Numbered from the stretch's first letter, positions 13,598 to 27,317 are shown. The stretch is DNA of 51,169 nt from Octopus sinensis (GCF_006345805.1 NW_021834337.1:1-51169); one strand, 5' to 3'. The notes: a model not told the origin generated them from the sequence alone. Numbers and translations: made by a program.

Positions 13598-14941
13598 CTT
13601 ACAATGCAGCAAGTTTAAAAAAAACAAAAAAACTTTATATTTCGTGCGCAAACGCCTATTTTAGGGAAGATACAGTCAAAGAACCCTACATCTACATAGA
13701 CTCTGCCATTTTGGACAGCCGGAAGGGCAGTGACATCGTTTTAGTCAAATGCTTGTGCTAGCAGCAGCTTGTCTCTAAGAGATGGGGTTATTTGGTGTCA
13801 TGAAGCATTTGGCTGTACGTTAGCAACTGTGTTGGTGAAGGCAGATGTCGATGGTGGTAAATGCCATATTTGGTGCTGGTAGTGAAAGCCATGGTTGTTG
13901 TCAGTGGTCGTTTCCTATTTCATTTATCATTCAACTTCTGCTTCAAGAGAACCACAAAACTCTTCTTTCAATAAGAATCATATTAGCTGATTTCTACCAA
14001 GAAACTAAACAACACATAATCTCACCCATCTTTCCCCACAGTATTTCTAGCCTTGTGTTTCTGTATAAAAATCATTATTAACAATTAACTTGGCATGCAA
14101 TTTAAAATAGAGCTAAAATTACGGACAATGGAATTCGCGAGAGGATTTCTGTTGAATTCCCTATTATAAGACTTTTCATTTTGCTTATACATACGTCTTG
14201 ATTTTGAAGTCTTGTTCTAATGCAAGTAATTAACATCACGTGATAATTAATAGATGCCAATAAATTTGGACATTTACATTCAATCTTGACGGTTTTTCAA
14301 AAGGAACTGATCTTCTTAAATTTATCAGCCCATACAACAAGATTACCCTAAAATATGTCTTTTAAATTTATTTGATACAAAAGTTTTAAAACTAAAAAAA
14401 AATTAATTTATATATATATATAATATATGAAGAAATATACTGAGAGCAAAGAGAATTCAACATAAAATACTCTTAGATGAATCATATTATATTTAAATAG
14501 TATATTCTTTGTGTTCAAAGGCAATAGCCTGAAACAGCTTATTCCGTGAACACTTCGATGATTGGATTATAGGCTTTCTTATGTTGAATGTAGCTGTAAT
14601 GTTGTCTTTTGGTTCAACAGCTCATGTGTCTTTTACAAATAATATAATTGATTAATTGATTATAGATGACTTATTATTACCGATTTGTGTCCCTTTTCGG
14701 CCACAGATTGTTGCTCAAAATCATTGTCTCTAAGCTTTATTATACAACACGCCGCCCCTCCCTGCACAGAAATTCTTGTGTAGTTGGGTAGAGAGAGAGT
14801 TTAAATAGAATACATCCATAATGAAATGTCAATGTTTATCACTTATTACGTGGATATCCAAGCACATACATGCCAATGCAATGTATATATATACATATAT
14901 ATGCATATATGTGTATATGTATATATCTATATCTATATCTA

Positions 14942-14998
<57 letters not shown>

Positions 14999-15229
14999 TA
15001 TATATCTTTATATATATGTGCATATGTGTATAAGCGTTATGTTTCTAGAACCTGAGGTTTCTATTGACAAAAATCAACAATTTTCAACGAAAAGCTGAAT
15101 CTCGACATGTTAACGTTATAGTTGAGGAATTTACTTATCAACCTTTCGTGTAATTACTTATATATATATATATATATAAAAGTATGTACGTGTGTGTGTA
15201 TATATATATATATACATATACACACAGAA

Positions 15230-15263
<34 letters not shown>

Positions 15264-15434
15264 TATATATATATATATATATAATATATATGTCTATATA
15301 TATATATATATATATATATACCTATGTAAATACATATATACATTTATATAAATATATACATATATATATATATACATATATATGCATATATAAACATTAT
15401 ATACATACATATATGTGTGTGTACATATACACAC

Positions 15435-15499
<65 letters not shown>

Positions 15500-16026
15500 A
15501 CACAGGGATACACACATCTGTATTATGTACTTTTCATTTTCTATGTAATTCCATGCATCATATAAGTTGGTCATTTTATTGTGCCATTGATATTCAAACA
15601 TTGCAGATGAACTTTGCAAATGGATGATAGTTAACTGTACCATTGAGTGATACATTTGTCCTTCTCCTTCTCTCTAAAAACTCCCCTTTTCCCCTTGCTT
15701 TCCTCTTTAAAGTGTAGATCTTACAGTGTTGTTTTCTTAACAAACTTTAGAGAAATTCAATTTGATTGTAAAACATTAAAACAAATAAAATATTTAAAAC
15801 AAAAATAATTATTATAATGAATGAATAGTTACCGGTGCAAAATAATTTCCTTGAATTATCTCCCCTCTTATATTAAATCCCTTTCTTAGATGGCGCTTAC
15901 GTATGACGCTCGCATGTTCTTGTTACATTTGTCGTTTATTCCACTTATTCTATTGCAATACTTTTCTTTTTTATGTATATCCGGTGAGAAAAAATAACAA
16001 CATATATATATATAATATATATATAT

Positions 16027-16092
<66 letters not shown>

Positions 16093-16110
16093 ATATATAT
16101 ATATATATAT

Positions 16111-16155
<45 letters not shown>

Positions 16156-16220
16156 CATATATATATATATACATAAATACATACACACACACACATATAT
16201 ATATATACATATATATATAT

Positions 16221-16253
<33 letters not shown>

Positions 16254-16616
16254 AATATATACATACATACATACACACACTCACTCACACACATACACAC
16301 ACATACACACACATACATATATATATATATATGAAGCATTATGAAGCATTATGAAACATGCGCACTTAATACTGATACGCAATATGGATAAAACGCCTGA
16401 AATTTGTGGGTATAGTTTATGGGACTGTGTGATTAACATGCCATCTTCAGTGCATAAACCTTTGAAATAAAATGCTTTGGTTTAAATGGGAACAAAAAAA
16501 AATCATATTATGAATTTTCGTCTCTTGTGAAACTTCACAGTCATTTATTTGAAGCTACTTTAATGATTTCTGTGACTGTTTATTTGAAGTTGTGATAATA
16601 CTAGTGAAGAATAATG

Positions 16617-16800
16617 CTGCGCGAGATGGTTGAGTCGTTAGCACGCCAGGCAACAGACTTTACGTTGTTAGTTCAAATTTCGCCGGGATCGACTTTGCCA
16701 TTCGTCCATTTGGATCGATAAAATAAGTACCAGCTGAGCACTAGCGTCGATATAATTGGCTTAACTCGCCTCGAAGTTACTGGCATTGATCCAAAATTTA
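16617..16800 (+). mobile_element. Old family-B SINE
   Basis: GTTAGCACGCCAGGC...GTTCAAATTTCGCC...TCGACTTTGCC...TCGATAAAATAAGTACCAG. Confidence 0.8.
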
Positions 16801-16963
16801 GTAGTGATACTTAAATTATGAATTCCACGATACGGTTTCAAACGGACGTCTCTCAGTGTTTATATTTGTTCGTTATTTAATCAAAACACTTAAATAATGA
16901 ATCAGTAGGTGTGATACAGCTTTATGTTGTAAAACCAAATATCTGTGTGTATACATACATACA

Positions 16964-17408
16964 TGGTGGCTGCCCCCTCATTATCGGGTATGGCCATTGC
17001 ACGAAGCTTAATCAATGTTGTTATCGTGCAATGCCTGTGCAAGAAGATTTTATTTTAAAGTGAGGAAAGGCTATGCACTGAGTCAATCTCACTCACTAAG
17101 CAACAGCAGCCATAATCCGAAAAGAAGAACAAGTCAACATCATCGGTAACTACTGAGCCGCAGGTTTTATGTCGGAGTTATCCCAGTTACCTGAGTTACT
17201 TTCTCCTAGAAGGATGCCCTAACAAAGGCTAGGAGTCTTTCTCTCCCAATGGTTTAACCGCGCGATCGGGTATTTAGTGCGATTAGTTCTATGTCCCCGC
17301 GCATGATACAGCCTTAAGACATTTATTGGATGGCCGTTGACTCTCAAGAGTTCCTCCGCCCTTTGACGGGTTTTGTTTTTCATCTTGCAGGGTGTCCAAT
17401 AAACACCT
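16964..17408 (-). mobile_element. Bipartite non-autonomous RTE-derived retroposon (RTE 5'UTR-like plus RTE 3' end) with (ATGT)n tail
   Basis: Minus strand has GGCGGAGGAACTCTTGAGAGTCAACGGCC and GGGCATCCTTCTAGGAGAAAG..AACTCC..AAACC (RTE 5'UTR-like motifs, from memory). It ends GGCCATACCCGATAATGAGGGGGCAGCCACCA-TGTATGTATG and has no ORF. Confidence 0.65.
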
Positions 17409-18071
17409 ATACATGCATACATACATACATACATACATACATACATACATACATACATACATACATACATACATACATACATACATACATGCATACATAC
17501 ATACATACATGTATATATGTAATAGTAGTGCTTGATTTTGTCTTAGCATGCAGATGCTAATGGATACTTGAAACTGATGAAACCCGGAGAGGCAGAAATA
17601 TGCATTCAGCAATGTGAGCACCGCTGCTACGAAACACATATCTCTGTTTTTATTAACGTACGTCTATAAAATATATTAACTCAGAATAAATGCCACCGTA
17701 AATTAGACTTTCAGTGGTGTATTTATTTTAAGTTTGAGACACAGGTTGCTATTTTAAACTTATTATGCTTATGTTACATATAACGAAGTTACAGTATTAT
17801 AAATTACTCTCTCTCTCTCACACACACACACACATGTATATATATGTTCATAGACACACATACGTATACATATGCAGAGAAACTTATATTATGCAAGCAT
17901 GTTGATTGTATTCATATATATACAATTGATGTTTATATGTGCGTATGTATCCATACATATACATATTTGTATGCATGGCTTGATGGATGTCTATATCAAT
18001 ATATCTACTAATCTCTCCCCTCCTCTCTCACTCTGTATATGCATATGCATATATATATGTACATATATATA

Positions 18072-18141
<70 letters not shown>

Positions 18142-19192
18142 GCACACACACACACACACACATATATATTACACACACATATTGCGTGGCCTTTGAGTCC
18201 AAATTCAACCTAAATCAAGTTTGTATATATAAATGTGTGCATAGAATCATACATACAGTTACATGTATGCATGTAAATATATGTGTGCGTGTGTATCCAT
18301 TTATATATATATATATATGTATGTATCTATGTATGTATATGTACATGAATGTTTATTTCCATATCAACAATGTCACACAGTATGCTTCTATGCATCAAAT
18401 TGATTAATCTACTGAAAAGGAGAGTTTTAATGCATTCGTCGAGCACGGATGTGGTTTTAATGTCCGTATCGTGCAGACGGGTTTAAACATGATTATTTAT
18501 GTATTCCGTATTTCCCGTATATACCGTGTTTGCGTATGTATGATTGTGTTCTTGCGTATAGCGATTCGGATTTTATATCATGTCGTAATGTAAGTATGAT
18601 GATTGTCTGCGTATGTATGTTGGGGCGTGTTTGTAAGTCTAATCGTGTTTGAATGTGTATACATGAGTACCATATCTGACAGCAGCGGCAGCACTTTTTC
18701 ACACAAGTCATCTGTTAATCAATCAACCATTTTGATTACCTCATTGACATTCAATTCACACATTTCGCTCGCTCACAACATTAAACAAAAGCAAACAAAT
18801 GTTTGTATTTATAAATAATTTTTGAAAAAAAAGTAACCAAAATATGTGAGGATGTTTTTTATTAAATGTTACAATCGATTATTCTTTCCTCTTTCACTTT
18901 ATTTTTATCTCATTGCTTGTGTACTTTTGTTTTTATTCCTCATGACTGATTGGATATATGATTGAAGTAGGTAAGGAATGTTTGAATTAAGGAAGATCTG
19001 AATGCATTAACGAACAGTCGAACGAACGAGTGAACAAGCGAATGTTTTTTCTGTCTCAAATCCACGATTTTATGTCCAAAATTTTGAAGTTTTACTTTTT
19101 ATAATTTATATATATTGAAGGTGTAAATGAGAAACGTCAGTGAATTCGTTATCTTTTATTTCTTTAAATACTTATTTATTTATTATTTGTTT

Positions 19193-19480
19193 ATTAGACA
19201 TTCGGCATATAGGCTCATATGAAATGCTTGTTCAAATTATGAAATTTCGTCCTTTTCCACCAGAAGTTACGGGTATCACATGTATGTATATGAGATACCT
19301 AAACAAATTTTTTGCGAAAATAATCAGTGCACCGCTTATTCCAAACAGTGATATCCAATCCCTAATTTCGAAAAAAAAAGTAAAAATCCAAAAAAAGCAA
19401 AATAAATAAGTTAAAAATAAAGACAAAAATACGATTTAGAAAAATAGTCCTTGCACAAAACCGAACACTTTAATATAGAT
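19193..19480 (-). mobile_element. Possible decayed non-autonomous Helitron-like element
   Basis: Minus strand starts ATCTATATTAAAG (Helitron-like 5' TC end) and ends ...GAATGTCTAAT (degenerate CTAG); no clear subterminal hairpin. Confidence 0.25.
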
Positions 19481-19984
19481 AGTGATGCTTAATTTTGATA
19501 AAGCATCAATGTTCAGCTTCTTTAAATTATTTTCTATTTCGTTGTGCTATTTTTCATGGTTTAACTTTCAATCAAAGAAAAGAAAAGAAAAAAAAGCCTA
19601 AATAAAAACAAGAAAAAAAGTCCCAAAAAAGCAGAACGGTAAATAATTCCTATATCAAATTTTGGATTAATTTTTTTGTAAATGAAGTGTTTATCAGACA
19701 TTTAGAATGATATACACATAAAGATGTTCTTTCATCAGATCATATTTTTCATTGTAAACAAGGACTGGAAGCACAATAGGGTTAAAATGTCGACTACACC
19801 AAGCTCCCTTATTTAGTGCTTTGTGTCACAGATAAACCCTTGTAATTCATTGTATTTATGAATATGATTATATTGCTTGATGTATATATTGAAATATTAA
19901 CCCCCCCCCAGTCTTATAAACTCCATAATCTTTCCAATTTCATACAGACATGAATATATACATATTCACACACACATATATATG

Positions 19985-20036
<52 letters not shown>

Positions 20037-20234
20037 ATATATATATATGCATGTATACCCACATATTTATGTATATATATATGTATGTATGTATATATAT
20101 ATATATTAATTAACAATGGTGTTATATAGCGTCCGGTTTTAGTACCCAGTAAACTCGGTTGTAATGGATCTATAATATTGTATATTTTGATTACTACACA
20201 TACACACGCGCGTTCACACACACATACACACATA

Positions 20235-20410
20235 TATGTGGCATAAATGAGTAGTACCTGTATTTCAAAGGAGCAGGCTTGTCACATTCTGTCTCACGCC
20301 GAATCTTCCTCAGAACGTCGTTAAGTTACATGTGTCGGCTATTAACACCTTAATTTCACAAGGAGGCTGTTCCGTTGAGCTGATAAACTGGAACTCTCGA
20401 CATCGTAGCG
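20235..20410 (+). mobile_element. 3' part of SINE family D; related copies at 30703-30970 (+) and 43090-43285 (-)
   Basis: Shared CTGTATTTCAAAG, CGTTAAG, TTTCAC(A/G)AG..GCTGTTCCGTTGA...GGAAC.CTC blocks. Confidence 0.65.
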
Positions 20411-20711
20411 GTATATAATAATAATAATAATAATATGGGATATTATTCCAAACTTACAGGGAAAAATTTAATTTAGTAATACTAGATCAAATTTCACAAA
20501 ATATAATGCATGTATGTAATTAAATTAGAAAAAAATTAGAAAAACAAAAACCTTTTATCAATTCAACAATGAAATAATTAATTCAAACCACATAGAAAAA
20601 TATCAAATATAAGATAAAAACATATACCAATGATTAAGTAATGTACAAAATAAAAAATAAAAAATATATCATTGGTAAAATCTTTCTAATTTATTTACAT
20701 AGATATATATC

Positions 20712-20756
<45 letters not shown>

Positions 20757-20990
20757 TCTCTAGTTCCAGCTCAGAGCTGCGGCCATGCTGATGCACCGCC
20801 GTTTTGTGCTACACTGTTATTGCGAAGAACCTCGTCTAATATGTGGCATTTGGTGAAGAATAGTTTGATGTAGCTACTCTCATTTGTACCCATTTTATTT
20901 TATATATATAATAAAATAGGGTAATAGTAAATTATTATTACCAGTGGCCTAGCACAAAAAACGAATTAGTCATTAGACTATATATTATTC

Positions 20991-21204
20991 ATATAGAAAT
21001 ACAATAAGAGACTTCCAAATAGGAAAGCGTTGTGCTAGAACACAAAAAAGGATAAATTCACGAAAGGAATGGAAATTAAAATCGTTTACCATTTCAATTG
21101 AGATGGTAAACGTTTTTAATTTCCATTCCTTTCGTGAATTTAACCTTTTTTGTGTTCTAGCACAACGCTTTCCTATTTGGAAGCCTCTTATTGTATTTCT
21201 ATAT
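20991..21204. repeat. 214-bp spacer-less palindrome (107-bp arms, 4 mismatches)
   Basis: Axis at TCAA|TTGA (21097/21098); the arms were read base by base. Confidence 0.95.
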
Positions 21205-22079
21205 ATATATATATAAGGAGAGAGAGAGAGAGAGAGGAGAAAGGGAGGTAGAGACAGGATGATAAGTTGTAAGTTGTAGCACAGAATAGATACGCACCAG
21301 GTAAATTCTTGGACAGACCAAAATTTTCAACTGCAACTTCTTAATCACGATGAGGTATGTCACAAAGAGTTGAGTTTTTTGAAGAAAACTTATTAAAGAG
21401 GGAAGAAGGAGAAACAGTTGTAGAGTAAGGAATACATTTATTTAAGTTGTTACATATATTTGGATGATGAAACACAACTTTACAACTGTTTCAAATATTC
21501 TGTAAATGGCTGATATTATAATGCATATGATGTAATCGGGCGTACGTTAAGCGATAACATAACTAGAAAGCATATTATGAGCACGTGGGAAACCATATTA
21601 ACCACACAAGAATCGCCATACTTGGATATCTTCATGCAAGAAATAGAGAACATTCCTGTATGTTTAATATGAATTATAACATTAACTTTTTACTGAATAT
21701 TTAAATCGACTATTATCCAGGTATTAGATGTAACATTTCATGTTAGTACATTCAGTTATTAAATGTAACATATATTAATACATTCTTTACACCTGTATAT
21801 TTATATATATATGCATACATTCATATATACATACATATTTGTTTGAATATTTTTATATAAATATTTCGGCTGTATGTCGAATATGTCTTGGTAATAGATA
21901 AGGTATTTTCTTTGACCCTCCCCACCCTCTCTCACTCTCTCTCTCCCTCTGTTTCCTCCCTTCTCTACAATGGGATTGTGGACCAAAGATCGCTGTACAG
22001 ATTGCAAATTTTGAAGAATGTTGTTGGCAAACCTGATATATTGGATCTTTCTTTAGATTTTCTCTCTTTCATTTTTCTT

Positions 22080-23000
22080 TCATCCAATTCGACTTTGTAA
22101 TTTTTACTCCTACTATAACTTTCCACCATCGTTAGCGGTGTTTCACTGTCTTAATCTGCAGAGTTGCAATTAAGCTATTTAGTTTACTGAGATATCATTT
22201 GATGATATGCTTAAACTACGTCTCAGGCGTCCTTTTCGCCGTCTTCCATATTTCGTTTTGTATGGCATTGCTTCAGGTAACCTAACCTTGTTCATTCATA
22301 TTACATTTCTCCCTCATCAAAACTGAATTCTTTCTATCAGCAAATACTCAACAGTAGATATCAGCGCGCTGCTGGGTCTCCTGGTAAGAGATATAGTCTA
22401 GTAAAGAAGTGTTCATTATAGCTGCAGATGGTACAATTGGCAGGTCACCAGTTTTTGATATGTCGACGATACGGTCCCAGCTGAATATAGCGAATTGGAT
22501 AGAACAAAGGATCGATATACTTCCTCCGTTTTTTCTACTATCGATAACTGATGCTCCCGCAAACAATTATTGTTGTTTATATACGACAATTCTCATCTGC
22601 GTCCAACCTGTTGCTATCTGAAGGCGTACTGCTCAAATTTGTAAAATTCATCACCAGGCTTACATCATAATGGTCAGATATTCTAGTTTCGATTGATACA
22701 AAACTTCGGTCTTCGCTATATTCATCGATGGGCGGGAAGCTGTCGACGCTCATTCTAAATGATACGCTATTTTGTGTATGTCTTCTAGGGAAAGAATCAC
22801 TGGTAGTGAGTCATGAGCTAAGAGAAGTTCGCGAAGACATATCACGGCATATCTTAATAGGTGTTAGTGCAGACACGTTCTACAACTCACCATCCAATTC
22901 TTTAAGTGCTAATGCATTCCACTCGTATGCTTACTCACCATGTTTTCACACATCGCCAAGATTTTAGAGAGATAGTGTTGGAACGAGCGTTCCGAAAGTA
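22080..23000 (-). pseudogene. Decayed RTE-clade LINE reverse transcriptase, copy 1
   Basis: Frameshifted minus-strand peptides GTLVPTL, LRELLLAHDS (RELLFADD), MNIAKTEVLYQ, NFTNLSST..RLDADENCRI, RLPEAMPYKTKYGRRRKGR and HR*RWWKVI occur in RTE order. Confidence 0.85.
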
Positions 23001-23474
23001 GACCGAACAGTCGCCCCGAAAGCATCATGGCAGACATACCACACCGGAACTGCTTATTTTCACAAATATGTCCGGACACACGCATTATTTAACGAGTGGC
23101 CATAGTCTCTCACTCACTTCCCAAAATATACGCTATGTGCAATGAAATATTGCTCTTTCTATTTCCATTTTCAATTCGATAATATATACAATATATTATA
23201 TATATATGCATACATTCATATATACATACATATTTGTTTGAATATTTTTATATAAATATTTCGGCTGTATGTCGAATATGTCTTGGTAATAGATAAGGTA
23301 TTTTCTTTGACCCTCCCCACCCTCTCTCACTCTCTCTCTCCCTCTGTTTCCTCCCTTCTCTACAATGGGATTGTGGACCAAAGATCGCTGTACAGATTGC
23401 AAATTTTGAAGAATGTTGTTGGCAAACCTGATATATTGGATCTTTCTTTAGATTTTCTCTCTTTCATTTTTCTT

Positions 23475-24395
23475 TCATCCAATTCGACTTTGTAATTTTT
23501 ACTCCTACTATAACTTTCCACCATCGTTAGCGGTGTTTCACTGTCTTAATCTGCAGAGTTGCAATTAAGCTATTTAGTTTACTGAGATATCATTTGATGA
23601 TATGCTTAAACTACGTCTCAGGCGTCCTTTTCGCCGTCTTCCATATTTCGTTTTGTATGGCATTGCTTCAGGTAACCTAACCTTGTTCATTCATATTACA
23701 TTTCTCCCTCATCAAAACTGAATTCTTTCTATCAGCAAATACTCAACAGTAGATATCAGCGCGCTGCTGGGTCTCCTGGTAAGAGATATAGTCTAGTAAA
23801 GAAGTGTTCATTATAGCTGCAGATGGTACAATTGGCAGGTCACCAGTTTTTGATATGTCGACGATACGGTCCCAGCTGAATATAGCGAATTGGATAGAAC
23901 AAAGGATCGATATACTTCCTCCGTTTTTTCTACTATCGATAACTGATGCTCCCGCAAACAATTATTGTTGTTTATATACGACAATTCTCATCTGCGTCCA
24001 ACCTGTTGCTATCTGAAGGCGTACTGCTCAAATTTGTAAAATTCATCACCAGGCTTACATCATAATGGTCAGATATTCTAGTTTCGATTGATACAAAACT
24101 TCGGTCTTCGCTATATTCATCGATGGGCGGGAAGCTGTCGACGCTCATTCTAAATGATACGCTATTTTGTGTATGTCTTCTAGGGAAAGAATCACTGGTA
24201 GTGAGTCATGAGCTAAGAGAAGTTCGCGAAGACATATCACGGCATATCTTAATAGGTGTTAGTGCAGACACGTTCTACAACTCACCATCCAATTCTTTAA
24301 GTGCTAATGCATTCCACTCGTATGCTTACTCACCATGTTTTCACACATCGCCAAGATTTTAGAGAGATAGTGTTGGAACGAGCGTTCCGAAAGTA
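23475..24395 (-). pseudogene. Decayed RTE-clade LINE reverse transcriptase, copy 2 (duplicate)
   Basis: Same sequence as 22080-23000 at +1395. Confidence 0.85.
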
Positions 24396-24585
24396 GACCG
24401 AACAGTCGCCCCGAAAGCATCATGGCAGACATACCACACCGGAACTGCTTATTTTCACAAATATGTCCGGACACACGCATTATTTAACGAGTGGCCATAG
24501 TCTCTCACTCACTTCCCAAAATATACGCTATGTGCAATGAAATATTGCTCTTTCTATTTCCATTTTCAATTCGATAATATATACA

Positions 24586-24618
<33 letters not shown>

Positions 24619-25961
24619 GTGTGTGTGTGTGTGTGTGGTGTGTGTGTGTGTAGGCTCACGTTTTAAACAGCTGTCCTCTAAATCCTGAATCTATGAAGCC
24701 TGTTATAGACTCAGAGATTCTTTATCGATTCATGATGACACGATATATATGTAATATGCCATGATAATTGACTTTACTGAATTTACTGAATTCAGAAGAG
24801 CTTTAGGCGATATTTACAATCATAACATCATTTTAAAATACGTTATAATCAATTCATAGCCTATTTTAAGTAATTGAAATTATGTATAGCATTCGAAAAT
24901 TGTATAAATAGTCTATTTTTATAAGTAATAAAATATGACATACGAGCTTTTCAAATGTTATCACTGTTGGAAATCAAAGGTCGATAGTTTGCTTTGCAAG
25001 GTAGTCACAATATCACTGATACTGGCAATTCCAAAAAGCGTAATCTCCCTTTCATTTCTAATAATGGCAAATGTTTACCACTTGAAACGGCGAACAGAGA
25101 ACTATTTAAAATTTTGTAAATTTACACTTGCCTACAATTGTTTCTATATCTACTATCGTTCAAATTACAATTTTTTATATTAAAATTGCATTTTGAAAAA
25201 TTGCGTGGTAAATATTTCTTCTGGGCGAAAAGTTGATTCGCAAGAAATTGGTGCCTATTAAATAATAAACACCAATACTACTACGTAAAATTGGACTAGT
25301 GAAAATTTCATCGATATATAGGATAAAAACGGAGAAGTTTGGATGTAAACATCCCTTTAAGAGGAATCAATATACTCACAATAGCACAGACACACACACT
25401 CACGCAAACACACACATATATTATATGCAGATATGCATACGTTCATGCATAGATACTCAAATGTATGCATGCAAGCATACTTGTTTGTATCTGTGTATGT
25501 GTGTGCATAAGTATGAGTGCGTTTTGGGACAGACAAGTAAGAAATGTCGGAAGACAATTGCGATGGCTTTTATTCAACATGGAAGTAATTTTATCATTAT
25601 TAGGTACTACTGTATATTACTCTTGGTCTTGAGGAAAAAAAAGATTTTTGCATTACTTTTTGTGGCTTTTGTATTTCGAATTTACTATTGTACATTGCTT
25701 AATTGTCTTTTGTTGTTTTTTTAATTATCTATATATGTAAGAAGCATGGAATGACGGAAACTATTTTTCCGGTTATTTACACTGTGAATTGAAATACCGC
25801 TTACGTTAAATCGGTCAATCATCCCTCCACGGTCGGTAAAGAATGTTCCACTCAAATACTGGGGTTAATATAATCAATTAAACCCTTTCTTCAAATTCAC
25901 TGGCCTTGTGCCAAAATTTGAAAACATTAATTATAAGGATGATGATAATAATAATTATTGT

Positions 25962-26124
25962 TATTTACATTATTTACATTTGATGGATATTTGTCCTCAT
26001 CTTGTTTGTTGTTAACAAAACGTTTCAACTGATATACCTTCCAGCCTTCATCAGGTGTCTTGGGGGAAATTTCGAACCTGGGTTCTCATTCCTAAGGTAT
26101 TTTTCGATGTTATTATTATTATTA

Positions 26125-26180
<56 letters not shown>

Positions 26181-26250
26181 TCACTGCCTGGAATCGAACT
26201 CGGAATCTTGGTCTTAGTAGCCCGTGCTCTTAACCTCTATGCCATATGCC
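25962..26250 (-). mobile_element. tRNA-headed retroposon: tRNA-like head, (AAT)n linker, hammerhead-containing tail
   Basis: Minus strand: GGCATATGGCATAGAGGTTAAGAGC...GAGTTCGATTCC (A and B boxes), then (AAT)n, then GACAC-CTGATGA-A-GGCTG..CAGTT-GAAACGTT. Confidence 0.75.
26014..26059 (-). ncRNA. Minimal type I hammerhead ribozyme motif
   Basis: GACAC CTGATGA A GGCTG gaaggtatat CAGTT GAAA CG TT TTGTT: intact core, helix II with two G-U pairs, palindromic AACGTT helix III, one helix I mismatch. Confidence 0.7.
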
Positions 26251-26262
26251 ACGGGCATATGA

Positions 26263-26356
<94 letters not shown>

Positions 26357-26541
26357 AACTATTAATATTATTATCATCAATATTTTTATCATTATTATCA
26401 TCATCATCATCATCATCATTTTGTTATTAACATCGACATAACTACCCCACCCTGTAAAATTACTGGCCTTGTGCCAAAATTTAAGATTATGTTTATTATT
26501 ATTATTGTTATAATAATAATAATAATAATTATTATTATTGC

Positions 26542-26600
<59 letters not shown>

Positions 26601-27317
26601 TATTATTATTATTATTATTATTATTGTTGTTATTATTATTATTGCTTTTATTATCATTAATATTATCATCATCGTAATCATCAATAACTGTATTATTATT
26701 TTTGATTTATTTTTTATTGATGATAATGCCATAATTCTGACTGTTAAAAATATAATTATATAAACGTGACATTGCTTTTCATGATAAGCCTTTTTCTTCT
26801 CTTTCACAAAATTTGATTACTGATGCCAGTAAAATTAAAGTTTCGAATTACTGCTAAATATCGTTTTACCGAATCACTCGAATAAAAAGACAATCAAATG
26901 AACCAAAGTTACCGTCACCATCAACACCTTCGTCCAAACGATATCTCTCATGGAACCTTGAACTCATCAGCATGAGATTTACAACAAAAACAAAAATAAA
27001 AAGAAAGGAATCAGCAACAGCAACAATAAGAACTACAACAAAATAATAACAACAACAGCCATAGCAAAAATTAAAAAAACTGTACAGGAACAACAACAAC
27101 AACAACAACAATAATACATTTTAAAAAGTGTGAGATTGAATTACAAGAAAAAAAAACACCATCATATTACGGTCTTTAAAAATTTGCTTCAGTATTTTAG
27201 TGTCGTTTGCTTTCCATATAAAACGTTCCTTTTATATATATGTATATATATATATATATGTATATATATGTAGAAATATATATATGTATGTACATATATA
27301 CACACACACTCACATAT

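Larger units (their letters stand above)
21801..24590. repeat. Tandem duplication, 2 x 1395 bp (21801-23195 and 23196-24590)
   Basis: Five ORFs recur with identical translation at offset 1395; junctions lie in TA tracts; no differences noticed by eye. Confidence 0.97.

Noticed and set aside
21960-22090. KERSNISGLPTTF on the minus strand, superficially CRIB/PAK-like
   Set aside because: It lacks the conserved His residues and lies directly downstream of a decayed RTE; chance similarity.
26925-26978. CTGATGAG plus a 7-bp stem on the minus strand as a hammerhead
   Set aside because: The stem is followed by GAAG rather than GAAA, and no helix I or III partner was found.
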